Shown here piece by piece: positions 1 through 13,170 of a stretch of DNA of 64,000 nucleotides. This DNA is from Felis catus (Eukaryota): the NCBI RefSeq assembly GCF_018350175.1, contig NC_058368.1:112532001-112596000 (forward strand), written 5' to 3'. The notes beneath the pieces are model-generated. The model was not told the origin of the DNA. It searched no databases and was given only the letters and a program-made list of their open reading frames with translations. Positions within the stretch are counted from its first letter, which is position 1, and every line of letters begins with the position of its first letter. The translations under genes and the position numbers were made by a program.

Positions 1-1554
1 GCCTTATTTTATTGTATATTTCTAGCCAGTTCTTTAGTTCTACCACCTCAGTTCTAGCAGACTGAATCATTTTCTCATCCTGGTGGATGAAAACTCAGAT
101 TTTGTGTCTTTACTCACAATTATTTTTATGCCTCTGATAAAGCTACTTGGTGGTTCTTGTCTCCCTTCCCCTGTCCCCAAAGGGCCATCTCCTTAATTTA
201 TTGTAGCACCTTCTACACCCTTAGGGCATCTGCCATTCTCCATTGTGTATTGCAGAGAGGTATGGGCATATTTTCATAGCTTATCAATTTGTAATTCTTT
301 AAAGTTTTAGTCTGGACTTGATTTATCTTTTTTAGCCTTTTAGTTTCTTGCTTAGTGGTTTGCCCTTTTTAGGTGCTCTCAGTGAATGTGTGTTGCATAA
401 ATAAGACCGTGAGTCTGAGATCAAGATTAGCAATGGTTATGTCTGTTGGTGCCTCAGTAGACTCTGAAGGCATTGTGGAATGGGAGCACAGAGAACCAGA
501 TTAATTGCCCAGCAATATGTAACCTCTGAAGACTGAAGTTATTCAGTATAGCTTTGGGGACTTTCCTGTATTACTAGGATAAGTTTAGAGATACTATAGG
601 AAGGTATTATGGATGGTTATGCACAGAGCTGACTGAGCTGAAAATTGGTGTTCTCAGTGTTTGTGAATTCATTTTACTTAGTGAAAAGCAAAAGAGGTGT
701 GAAAAATTGAACCAACTTTTCATGAATAGATTCAAAATTCTACATTTTGATTACTAGAAAACCTAGTCATACCCTGATTTTCAAAGGATTGAATGTTTAC
801 TTGGGGTTCATATTACAGATGCTAATATATGCATACTAGAAAAAAGTATAATATCTTGTTTTTTTGTGTATGTAGTGAGAAATTCTTTTCATAACCAAGG
901 ACTTAAGATAGTAAAATAAATCTATTGCTGTATCCAAAGCACTGTGATAGTTTTATTTGTGAGGATCAAGGTATTGTCTCGAATCTGATAGATTTTACAG
1001 AATAGTTTACAGGAGAAAATTTATCATACGGGTACAGTACAGCAATTTTGATCCCAGGAAAACAATTTTATTTAGAAACCTAAATGTTAAATATTAATGA
1101 AGTGAATGAGTGAGATTTAGGCTGTTAAAATTATGTGTTCTAGTGATTAGTGTGGCAAAAATGTCCTAATGAGATAAAAAGGCTTTGGAGTAAGGCTACC
1201 ATAATGAATATAAATTTTTAATTAAATTTTAATAAAATATAAATTTTATTTTTATAATTTTATTACAATAGTAATAAACACTAGTCTTTCATACATATTG
1301 ACTCATTTTGTTCAATTGAGAGAAGAATGGGTTGAAGTAGATAAAGAGGTTAATGAAGTATGTTAAGTGGTACAAAGAATCACTTTGAAAGTGAGCATAT
1401 TGAACAGGATCATCCTTGGTCTCTGAAACTATATAATGTTGTGATAACAACACTTTTGAGTATTTTGGAGAAGTCAGAGATAGGGAGAACAGTAGAGAAG
1501 GTCTTTAAGCAAAGAATATTCTTTGGTGGGAGACTTTTCTTTTTAGGGTACCGT

Positions 1555-1810
1555 GTGTACAGTGTTTAGGAGTGTGAGTTCTGGAGCCAGCCTGCCAATT
1601 TTCAATTCTTGGCTCTATTTCTAATCTATATAAATAAGCAAGTTACTTTTAATTTCTCTTTCCTTGTTCTCTCATCTGTAAAATGAGAATAGTGGAATTT
1701 ACCTGATATGGCTGTTGCGAGATTTTAATGATTTTTTTGTCTCTCAGAGTAAGGTCCTTAACAGTGTTAACATAGTGTTCAATAAATGTTAGTGGTTTTT
1801 TATTATTATC
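1555..1810 (+). mobile_element. MIR SINE
   Basis: Core ctcatctgtaaaatgagaatag and 3' end ttcaataaatgttag...tattattat. Confidence 0.75.
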
Positions 1811-1870
1811 ATCATCATCATCATCATCAAAGGAATATTAATGTTTTTGCTTTAGCAATTGATTTTGTAG

Positions 1871-1946
1871 AAAGGAAGCTGTTGGATTCCTTGAAATAGC
1901 TATATTCTTTTTAAGAAAGCCGAATGTCCCACAAAAGTCTACCTCT
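1871..1946 (+). other. SMAD5: SMAD5 non-coding 5' UTR exon
   Basis: Acceptor ttttgtag at 1870 and donor gtaggt at 1947. The sequence AAAGGAAGCTGTTG...CTACCTCT resembles the human SMAD5 5' UTR exon as I recall it. Confidence 0.8.
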
Positions 1947-2469
1947 GTAGGTAACTTCTTAAGATCGTTCATGCCCTGTTGTCTCTTCAGTCATTAACAT
2001 TGCAGCCCATGTTCCATGCTTTGTACAGAGAATTTCCAGCACAGCACAGCAACGGAGAGCTTCGTAAGGATAACTAAGTCATTAAGAAAAGCTCATGCTA
2101 CATTTAGGTCTTCCTGAACTAACGATAATTGGCTCTAAAGAAACCCATTTAAAATGAAACCATTTAAAATTCGATCTGTATTTTATACTAAATTGTGAAT
2201 AAAAGGTCTGATTGGGACTTCATCTTCAAAAATTAAAACTTGGGAAAAACATTAAGTTACAGTTGTAAACATGTATTCTTATGATGAACAAAGAATGGAT
2301 CAAGTTCGATGGATAGGCTTAATTTTTCTCACAAGATAATTTAGCATGATAGGGCATCCCTTATGTTTGTCATGCGTGCTACTAACATGAAGAGCTTTTT
2401 TGTGTTTTTTGTGAAAATATCCATAAAAAATACATACTGATTTTACTAAGGATCACTCTTAATCCTTTG

Positions 2470-2807
2470 TCAGTGAAGCTCTTCTCTCTCCACTAAGATA
2501 GGCTTGCTTACTGTAAGTGTAAACATGGTGAATTCTTTCAGCTCATTGTTCCCTATCAGTGTAAACCCACTGCAGAAGTACCATCCATCTTGGCAATATC
2601 ACATCACTCCTGCGGGTCTCTTGGAGGCGAAGGGAACTGCAAATCTGATGCTTATGCTGCTTGCTGTCTGTCCATGAGTGTTAAAGTCATTTGTCTCTGA
2701 ATCTGGAGTCCCATGTCCTTCGTCAGCATCCGTGAAACAGTTAACAGACTAACTTACTTGCTTGGGGGTGGGGAATGGTAGGGTAAAATTAAATCCCCGA
2801 CCCTACA
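2470..2807 (+). mobile_element. ERVL LTR remnant (LTR40-like)
   Basis: taaagtcatttgtctctga...cagcatccgtgaaac...gtagggtaaaat...gaccctaca resembles the LTR40 3' end. Confidence 0.6.
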
Positions 2808-2964
2808 TTGTTGGCCGTTATTTTAATAAACTTTGTAAAATTTTAGAGTATTTTGCAAACTTTGTACTTTCACTGGTGGCTTGTAAGCCATTATGGTGAG
2901 GGAAATGTTAGTGAATGGGAACTAATTTTGTAAGTGATCAGTTCACAAACAAATTTTTTTAAAG

Positions 2965-3830
2965 ATTATTTTATAAATCTCAGGTATATAACTTATTGAA
3001 CATTTACATATGTGTACATCTATGTCATCATCACCCACATCAAGATGTAGAATATTTCTGGGGCGCCTGGGTGGCGCAGTCGGTTAAGTGTCCGACTTCA
3101 GCCAGGTCACGATCTCTTAGTCCGTGAGTTCGAGCCCCACGTCGGGCTCTGGGCTGATGGCTCAGAGCCTGGAGCCTGTTTCCGATTCTGTGTCTCCCTC
3201 TCTCTCTGCCCCTCTCCCGTTCATGCTCTGTCTCTCTCTGTCCCAAAAAAAATAAAATAAACGTTGAAAAAAAAATTAAAAAAAAAAAAAGATGTAGAAT
3301 ATTTCTGTCTCCCCAGAAGACTGTCTTGTCCCCACTTAGTTAACCCTTCTTGCCTCTGGTGACGTAGGTTAGTTTTGCCTTTTTCTGAGAAGGAATGATA
3401 AAATGTGTAATCTCTTGTATCTGACTTCTTCAATATTTTATCTGTGTGACTTATCCATGTTTTTCATGTGTTAGCTCTTTGTCGTTGCTGTAAAGTATTC
3501 TGTTTTATGAATTTGTTACTATGGTTTATTGACCCAGTCCAATGTTGATGGATATTTGGGTTATTTCCAATTTGGGACTATTACAGATAAAGTTGTTGTG
3601 AACATGTATTTGCCTTTTGGTGGCGCTAGCACTTGTTTCTGTTAGTTATATATACCTAGGGATGGAATTGCTGGGTCATCGGGATTTATGTGTAATGTGG
3701 AGTGATATTTCACTGTTTTCTTTAAAAAAAATTTGTTTCTGATAACAATGTTGAGTCCATTTTACCATCTAATGGCCATTGTGGTATTATGTGAAATGCC
3801 TGATCAGTTCTTTTGTTTAAACACCAGTAA
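2965..3830 (-). mobile_element. Old L1 (L1ME-like) 3' end, interrupted by a SINE
   Basis: gttgatggatatttgggttatttccaatttggg...atacctagggatggaattgctgggtca is typical antisense L1 3' sequence. Confidence 0.7.
3060..3288 (+). mobile_element. Young felid CAN-SINE (SINEC_Fc)
   Basis: ggggcgcctgggtggcgcagtcggttaag head, CT tract, poly(A); perfect 18-bp TSD AAGATGTAGAATATTTCT (3042-3059, 3289-3306). Confidence 0.95.
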
Positions 3831-4682
3831 ATTCTTATGATGACTTTGTAAGGTGAGACTTAGATAATGAGTACTCGAATTAGTTGCACATATCACTTCT
3901 GCAGGTTGCAAAGTTACAAAATAGTTTTAGAAAGAATAGCACGAAAGGTTTCTGAAATTTTTAGTCATTCCATTTTTAGAGCTGAATACATGATTTGTCC
4001 CTACTCCTTTCCCATTTCTCGTTTTAAGAAAACACTAATACTGAGTCTTAAGTTTTTGGAATCTGACACCCTTTTTTTTTTTTTTTCCTGAAATCAGTCT
4101 CTTGAAGTTGAACTAATGATATCCAGTCATTGGCCTTTTCTTTGTTCACATTCTCTTTAAACTTTTCCTTGTGGTTGATATTCTGCAGTACTGTTGTATG
4201 TAATTTTAATCTCCTCCTTTTAACGATACTTCATCGGTAACTTTTTCCTCTTCCCTACCAGTGAATGTTCCCTAATATGCCCGTGTTAATGTGTTGCTCT
4301 TTTCACTCTGTTGAAAACCTATTTTATATTACTGTTTCAGTTCTTTGTAGAAAATCTTAAATCTCTTTCTCATCTTTTCCTTGCTCAACCTATATGTCCA
4401 GTTATGACTTTTTTCTGATAGAGTTCACGTTCTTCTCTGCTGACTAAACTACCTTCTGAGTGTCCTTGATTCTGCTAATGGGGTTATCATTATCTTAGTC
4501 ACTTGGTTCAAAATTTGAAGTTATCTTTGATTTCAAGGTATAGTTGATAGAAAAGTCAATGACCATTCATTAAATACTCCCTTAGTATGTGATACGATGC
4601 ACGGAATGGTGCCAGGTCCTGAAGACTTCCTCCTGGAAGGATTTTGTACTCCATTTGGGAAGTTAAGATAGTTCTTGTCACT

Positions 4683-4860
4683 TTTTTTTTTAAACTTCCT
4701 GATCTTGAGAGGGTGGGTGCAAGTTGGAGAGAGGCAGATAGAGAGGGAGAGAATCCCAAGCAGGCAGGGTCTTCACCTTCAGCTCAGAGCCTGACACGGG
4801 GCTCAAACTCACGAAACTTGAGATCAAGACGCTCACCCGACTCAGCCACCCAGGAGCCCC
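4683..4860 (-). mobile_element. CAN-SINE
   Basis: Ends gccacccaggagcccc, poly(T) at left; TSD CTTGTCACT. Confidence 0.85.
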
Positions 4861-5669
4861 CTTGTCACTGTCTTATTAATTAGTTTTTATGATAAATATT
4901 CAATGACCATAGCCTTTTTAGAATAGGGTGGTGAAGGAATTCTTCACAAAGGGGGGTGGACTTGAGCTTATCACTAAGGATGACAGAGATTTCTCTTGGA
5001 CACTGATGGGCAAAAGTACAGGAATTTGTGCTGGATCAGAAAGTGTGTATAGTGGTACAGTGGTGGGTACATTAGGTTTTTTTTAAGTCTTGACTCTTCC
5101 TTTGAATACTAATGACCATAATTCATGTTTAAATAGCACTTTGGAGTTTATAAAGCATTTATTGTATGTGTGCTGTGTGTACACATATGTGCACACATAT
5201 TTTTTTACTTAAACATTTCAGTGACTTAGGAACCATCTACCTTTTTGTACAGATAAGTTAGTAGACTTGGAAAGAATGATACTTGCTCATGGTCTTCTGT
5301 CTTATAAAGGACTGAATCTGGTCATTTTCTGTTTTGATCATACTACTTTTTAAAAATTAAAAATAGTTAATGTTTTGAGTTATGACCTATTTAAACATAG
5401 AAAACAGGAGAGAAAATAACATATCTGGTTACTTGCCAGGTTTTTTTTAAATCTGATTTTAAAAGAAGACAGCTGAAGCTTTTCCATTCTTCATCCTTCT
5501 TTCACCAGTGGTACCCAGTACTCAGTGTCCTGAGATTGGTTATGTATCATTTTTATTCATACTTATATTCTCTTATCATATGTGTGCATATCCATAAATA
5601 CCATGTTTTAACTTTTATATAGTTGCTCTTATAAAGGAATGTATTTTTTTCCAAGTTGTTTTTCTTTAG

Positions 5670-6420
5670 TTCACTCACTCACTACTTGCTTGCTCACTCA
5701 CTGAATAAATAGGTACTGTTCTAGGTCCAGGGGACTATGATGGTGGATAAGGAAGATAAAGCTACCTGCCTAGTAACATTTCAGTGGGGAAAATATCTAA
5801 AAAGTAATAAAATTGATATCTTGGTCAGGTTAGAATAAATATCATGAAAATTTAGCAGAATCAGGGACTAGGGAATGATGTGGGAGTGTGATGTATACTA
5901 TTTTAGATAAAGTGGCTAGGGAAGTCCTTTTTCACGAGGTGACATTTGAGTAGCTGAATTAATTGAAAGAGTAAGCGTGTTAAATAAGATCAGGGAGAAT
6001 TCCAAGGGAGAAAACATCAAGTGCAAAGGCCCTGAGATAGAAATGATCTTGGAACACTTGAGAAATGGAAAGAAGTCAAGGGTGATTAAGTTAGCTAGAA
6101 CAATGGTAAGAAATGAATCTGCAACTGGAGGGGTTGTGGGAGGGGGGATGGGCTAAATAGGTAAGGGTCACTAAGGAATCGACTCCTGAAATCATTGTTA
6201 CACTATATGCTAACTAATTTGGGTGTAAAATAAAAAAAATTAAAAATAACAACAACAACAAAAAAGAAATGAATTTGGAGGAGAAGCCAAAGGCTAGCTC
6301 ATGTAGGCCCTTTAAAGTGATGTTAAGGAATTTGGATACCAAGTGTGATGGGAAGCCACAAAATAATTTTTGAGCAGAGGTATGACAGAGTTTGACATAC
6401 TTTGAAGGTTACTTTTATAT
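5670..6420 (-). mobile_element. L2 LINE remnant
   Basis: tcactcactcact start; gaggtgacatttgag; aagtgcaaaggccctgag; ttttgagcagagg are antisense L2 hallmarks. Confidence 0.75.
6119..6263 (+). mobile_element. Heavily 5'-truncated carnivore L1 3' end inserted in L2
   Basis: ctcctgaaatcattgttacactatatgctaactaa followed by an A-rich tail; TSD AAGAAATGAAT (6108-6118, 6264-6274). Confidence 0.85.
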
Positions 6421-6594
6421 TAGAATTCTGTGTAGAATTCTGTAGACACTTTATAGTCTGTGAACTGTTACTGACAAAAGAAAGAATGTGGGAGCTCTTT
6501 CTGTATTGCTCTGGGAAGATCTGGAGGATATATCGTTCATATGTTTTTCTGTACCTTTTTTCTTTTTAGAATACCACAGTTCATGTCAATGAAG

Positions 6595-6596
<2 letters not shown>

Positions 6597-6644
<48 letters not shown>
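6597..6644. repeat. (GT)n microsatellite
   Basis: Perfect GT run. Confidence 0.95.
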
Positions 6645-6647
<3 letters not shown>

Positions 6648-9240
6648 TGTTAATTTTCTCTGGAAGGCCATGAAGGACAAAATAAAAGGATGATCTCTGA
6701 GAAGGGGAATTGATTGATGATGGGAAGAAAAATGGGAAGGAAACTAAGCACTCAATCCTTTTTGTCCAGGAAATATTTTTAAATCATACAGAGGAGTGCA
6801 CAGTACACATCTTAAGTATCTCACCAGCTGTATTTTCGCAATACATGTAATCACCCATAGTGAGAAGTAAAACTTCACCAGGATGGCAGAAACTCTGATT
6901 CCCTTCTAATTAATATCCTTCCTTTGAAAGGGAAACCACCATATTTCCCTGACTTGTAGCACAGCATGCATTAGTTTTATCTCCTTGTAGTGCCAGCACT
7001 CGTAACTCAATTCTGTTCACCATAATTTTAGTTTACTGTTTTTATTTTAATATCATGCAAGTAATGCGTCAATAGATTCCCTTTGTTAAAAGGTTGAAAC
7101 AATGCAGAAGTATATAAAACAAATCACACTGGTCCCCTTTCTATTTCCTTTCCTCCATTCCATGCAGTGATTAATTATGTGGCCTTGTAGACTTTGTTCT
7201 GTGTTTACATGCATAAATAACTTTTCCTTTTTTAAAATATGCAATATGGTTAGTACTTGATGATGATGATGATGATAGTGCTATTAGATGAGTAGTTCAA
7301 ATTTATTAGGCATTTTCTGGTGGTTCACTACTAATCTGGTATCTGGTCTTTAAGTTTCTCTCCATTTGTCTTCCGCTTCTCAGCTTAACCTCTCCATTGC
7401 TCATCTATTCTCTCTTCTACACACATGCACTACCCTGTCTAGCCTTCATCATTATGTTCCACTGTTACTCAATAAAGATCTCAATCCAGCCAGACCTGTC
7501 TACTCTATTTTAGGAAATGCTCTATTCTTGTCTGCCCACGTATTTTTGTTTGTTGTTTGTGTCCCCTATGCCTTTGAAATTTCTCTTGTCTTGACAAGCA
7601 AACCATATTTTGGTTTACTTTCTTACGTTTACTCTCTGGCCCAAATGGCTTTTATCCTCTTTCCTTGGGGTAGCTACACCTTAGCTCAGCCCTTCTTTAT
7701 GTTTAGCCCATAACACTTTATAGTCTGTGAACTGTTACCGACAAATACATTTTCAGTCTCTCGTTTTATTTCTTTAGTTTAATATAGCCAGTTTTGCTTA
7801 CCTGGCTAAAATGATCCTGTGTTGGGCTGGGGAAGTTCATCCACACAGGAGTTTCCCTCTACTTCTGTACGCCTTTCCCCGCATGGTTCCAGGTCCTAAC
7901 CTTGGTTCATAGGAGTCTGGATAGCCACTGCTGGTTGATCAGCATCCAGAACAATGCTTGGCACTTAGTAGGTTCTCAGTAAGTACATGTTGGCTCTTAA
8001 GATGAAGCCATACTTAAAGTGACTTCTTTAAGCACCATCATGGCAGTTCACCGTACATGGCACGTAACAAGCAGTCAGTAATTATTTGTTGACTTTAACT
8101 CTGTTTTATTTTAATTTATATTTACCTGGGTTTTAACTGAACGCACATATTCTTTTCTGGGAAGATGTATCCCAATCCAGGATGGTCTTGACAGTAGAGT
8201 TGACTAGAATTTGTCAAAGGCAGAGCTGCGGCATTATTTGCAATGTTGGGCACAAGAAAGGAAGCATCTTTGGTTACTGACATCCTTTTTCCAAACATTA
8301 CTCGTGCTGTTTCACCAGCTACTCATTGTCTGCACTTGGCTGTGTATTGACCACAGGGAATTATACCCATTCTTCTTATCAGTGCGGTGCCACTGCACAT
8401 CACTTCCTCTTGTCATCATTGCCAAGAGCTTCTTAAGGGTGCAGAGGGGCGGTCTGCCTAGCGCAGGTTCTTTAACTTAATATGCTGAAAATAATCACAG
8501 AAGGCAGTGGGCATTATAAAATTATAAACTGTCCTTTTCTGGGTTAAACTTTGCATTTATTCCCTTTAAATCTGCTCAGCATTCTTAGCTTTAAAAATAG
8601 ATACTTCCCACTTTTCTGGCAATTATGTGTGTTATGATTTATTTGAGGGCTTGTTATCTCTTAAGAAAAAAACTAAGCTAGAATTGGATAAAATTTGTTT
8701 CTAATAATGGGACTTAAGTAGTACTATGGCTTTTGCCCAAACCTTAAAAGTCTGTGAGACATTTTATGGACAATAATGACCTTAGGGAAAAGCTAGATTT
8801 ATGTGAAGACTTTTGTTCAGATTAGGACATGTCATGTTCAAAATTGACATAACGTGACATGACTTTCAGTGAAGAGAAGTACTTCAGAATCAAAAGTTTT
8901 GAAGGGCATTTGGGGGCTTACTGGCCTGAGGAAAGGAAACGTTTAGAGGCTATTTTTTGGATAATACATAGGAAGTAGAGCAAGCAGTCTGTTTTTGCTT
9001 TTGGTTATCGTTTGGCATTGCCAGTGAATTATTTGTTCATGTATGAAGAAAGGAAGTGAGTGGTCACAGGACTTTAGAGAAAATCTCTTTCTCTAGACTT
9101 AGGTTTTTGTTTGTTTGCTTTGTAATGGTTTTCTGTTCTTATTTAAAAACAATATACCTTTCGCTTGTATTGATTTAGATGTGTGTTAATTGTGTTCATT
9201 TAAGTTAGGGATCTTACCCTTTTTCCTCTCTCTCTTTCAG

Positions 9241-9913
<673 letters not shown>

Positions 9914-10089
9914 TAAATATTTTAATCTCGGAAGGAATAGTGACTTTTGAATTTAGCTTTTTATATGTAGATAATATAGCTCCCAAGTGGCTAATTCTAA
10001 TTCATGTCCACCTTAAGCAGTCAGTCATGTGTGTGTGAATCAGGCAGAGGTAGTTGTATATGTGCTCTGCCTTTCCTGTGGGTGACATG

Positions 10090-11600
10090 TTTCTATTTTA
10101 TCTAAAACCTGAGCTCCGTGTGTGTACTGCATCCCACTCCTTTTTGTGTGTTCAAGAACTTTGTTCCTCCAGGTACCCCCCTCTCCCCAGCATTATATTT
10201 CCCCTCCCTACTCGAGTATTTCTGTCAGCACACAAGCATGTCCTGATACTGCCCATCCTAAAATAAAAGTTCAGAAAGAATGCTGGTCTTGACCTCATTT
10301 ACATCGCCTCACCCCCAGTCTCCTGCACTCTTTCCCCTAGTCCTCTTATAGGAGTCTCCATTTTTATTACCTCCACAGGACTTTAGCCCTCCCCTTCTTT
10401 CTGGACACCCCTCCCTAGTTGGTCTCTCTTCCCTACCATTTGACTTGTGAAGATCGCTTGTGATGCCTTCTGGATAGAGGGCTCATTCCCAGTCCTCCTC
10501 TTCCTTTCCTTCTCAACATCATTTGATGGTTGATCTCCTTCCTTCCCGCTCACAACTGTTTCTTTCTTGCCTTCTGGAACCCTACCCTTTTCTCATTCTC
10601 CTACCTCACTGGCTGTTTTTGTTTAGTCTCTTCATTGGCTTATTTTCCTGTTTTCACATGACTCAGTTCCTAGACATTTTCTACATCCATATTTTTCCTC
10701 TGTGGGCTCTGTTAGCTCTCACTTGTCATAAAACTGTCTGAAAGCTCGTGCTTACATTTTGAACTCCAGAGTGAACTTCTCCTTTGAGTTCTAGACTTTT
10801 GTATCCAGTTGCCCACTTGACACCTCCACTTGATCCCTCTCATAAACATATCCTACTTACTGTATCTCAGTAGGACTTTTGATTTTTTTCCCTCACCAAG
10901 TGCTTTCTTCCTCCAGTTTTCCCTATTGAAGCAAATGGCACCAAGCATTCATGTAATCACTACTGACATCTTCTTTTACTTACCTCTCCGAAGTCCTGAA
11001 TTTGAGCCATGAGCAAATGCTCTTTGCCTGCCTTCAGAATATATCTTGATAATGTCCCTTCTTACCATCTCTCATACCACTCTTCTAGTATAGACCACAT
11101 TGATCTTTCATCTTAAGTAGTGCCTGATAGGTCTCTCTGCCTCTTTTCTTTCCCTCCAACCCATTCTGTTTTCTGCACAGCAGCCAGAGTGATCTTTAGA
11201 GGATGCCAAATCATGTCAGTGCCTGCTCAAAACACTTAAGAGACTTTTATCACACTTAGAACAGATTTCTACATAACCTCTCTTCAGACTTCCTCTCTTC
11301 CATGGACTTGCCCTACCCCTGCAGCTAGACTTTTTTTTTTTTTTTTTCTATTTCTTCTACTTCTCCCCTACCATCTTTTCATGGCACATTTTCTTACTTT
11401 ATTCAGCCCTTGCTCAAATACCCCCATCACTGCTTGATGCCGAATTAGCTTTTTCTTTTATTTATTGACTGATGTAAGCAGGAACTTCCTCTGTCTCCTT
11501 CTATACTGCATCAGCAGTGCTTAGAATAGTAGTATTACCTTGCACTCAGTAGATGATGCACAGTAAATTTTGTGTTTTGTTTTGTTTTAATGAATGAATT
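10090..11600 (+). mobile_element. L2 LINE remnant
   Basis: CT-rich L2 body (gtatccagttgcccacttgacacctccacttga; cacagcagccagagtgatcttt) ending in aatgaatgaat. Confidence 0.75.
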
Positions 11601-11629
11601 GTATAAATTGAGATACTAGTTTGGTACAT

Positions 11630-12155
11630 TTGTTATCTTTTGCTGTATAACAAATTAACACAAGCTAAGGGGCTTAATACACGTTTACTATCTCGGTTTC
11701 TATGAGCCAGGAGTCCAGGCATGGCTTAATTTGGGTCCTTTGCAAGACTCTATTTAAAATGTTGGTCAGGGCGTGGGTTTCACGTGAGGCTCAGCTGGGG
11801 AAGGACCTGCTTCCTAGCTCGTGTGATTATTGGCAGGGTTTAGTTCCTTGTGGGCTCTTGGGCTCTTCTTGCTGGTTGTTGACTAGAGGCTGCCTTCATG
11901 TGCTTGCCACTTTTTCATAGGTGGCTCACATTCATGGCAGCCCACTTCAGAGACAAGAAGAGAGAGAGGGTCTTCTTGATGGAAGGGCATTACATTCTTA
12001 TACTGTGTCATCACATACATCCTGTCACCTTTGCCACATTCTATTAGCGGCAAGTCACGGATACAATACTCACACTCAAAGGGAGAGGATTATGCAGGGT
12101 GAATACTGAGAGTTGGGAACCACGGTGGCCACCTTAGAGGCTGTCTGGATTTCAC
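11630..12155 (-). mobile_element. MLT1 (ERVL-MaLR) solo LTR
   Basis: tgctgtataacaaatta...; gaggctcagctggggaagga; tcacctttgccacattctatt; cacactcaaagggagagg. Confidence 0.8.
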
Positions 12156-12199
12156 ATGGAGATAATATAAGCCCAGAATGGTAAAAAAAAAAAAAAAAA

Positions 12200-13170
12200 A
12201 AAGTCTCTGGAAAATGCAAAAACAATGGCAGTGATGGTGCTGTCAGAGATCAAAAAAAAAGACCCACACGTGAAATTCTGGTATATCACGGTTAAAGAAG
12301 ATTCTAAAAGCTCCCACAGAGAAAAGAAAGGACATATACAAAGGACTGGAAGTGAGACTGTTAGGTTTCTCAAAGCAGTTCTGGATTCTGGAAGGCAGTG
12401 AAGCAGTGCCCCCAAAATTAAGAGAGGAAAAGTTGTTTATTCTGGAATCTGTCAGCCGATGAACAAAAGACAAGGTATTTTCATGTATGCAAGGACTGAA
12501 AATTCACCTTCCTTTTACCCTTCTTTAGGAAACTAATAGAGGATGAGATCTAGGCACTGGGATCCAGCAGGGGAAAAGAGAAGGGACATCTAAGGACTTG
12601 AGAGCTCTAGGAGACTTAACATAGCAACCATTGTAGATTGTAGAAGAATGAAGGGCGAAGGGTCCAGGGGAAGAAATGAGTTAGTAGATTGTTTATTTGT
12701 AGCATCTGGAAAATAGTATTGACTGGAATTTGACAAAACTCTTAGACCCTGGAAATATCAGTGGTACGTACTTAAGATTAAACAAATGAAGGAACAGGTC
12801 AATAATCAGCTTTATTAAAAGCACTGTTCAAGAAAACATATAATCATAGTACATATCTGGTTCAGGATTGAATATTTGTACATTTAACCAAAAGTTTTTT
12901 TGGAACTTTATTGTGGGGAAGGGGAATGGGAGTGGGGTAGAATGATAGAAGAAAGCTACTTCCTTTGCCACAAGAGCAAATCTGCAGTGTCTTCACAAAT
13001 TAATAAGAGCAATAAAAGCATACTATTTAGCAATGCACAAAGTAAATGTTAGAAGAAATGGGTAAGAGTTTAAATTTGTTGTCTCTGAAAGCAGTATAGA
13101 AGGCTTAGAAATTGCTGTGTTTATCTCTTGTAGCTTCTTTTTAAACTATCCATGTATTTTGCATGAAAAT
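12200..13170 (+). mobile_element. HAL1 / L1 ORF1-like remnant
   Basis: aagaagattctaaaagct...tacaaaggactggaa...atgcaaggactgaaaattcaccttcc...aggaaactaatagaggatg. Confidence 0.6.

Noticed and set aside
1..1870. SMAD5 promoter, first exon, antisense lncRNA or vault RNA
   Set aside because: No CpG island or Pol III RNA gene is visible; these would lie upstream of the window.
3060..3140. tRNA-like A/B box sequences
   Set aside because: These are the tRNA-derived heads of CAN-SINEs, not tRNA genes.
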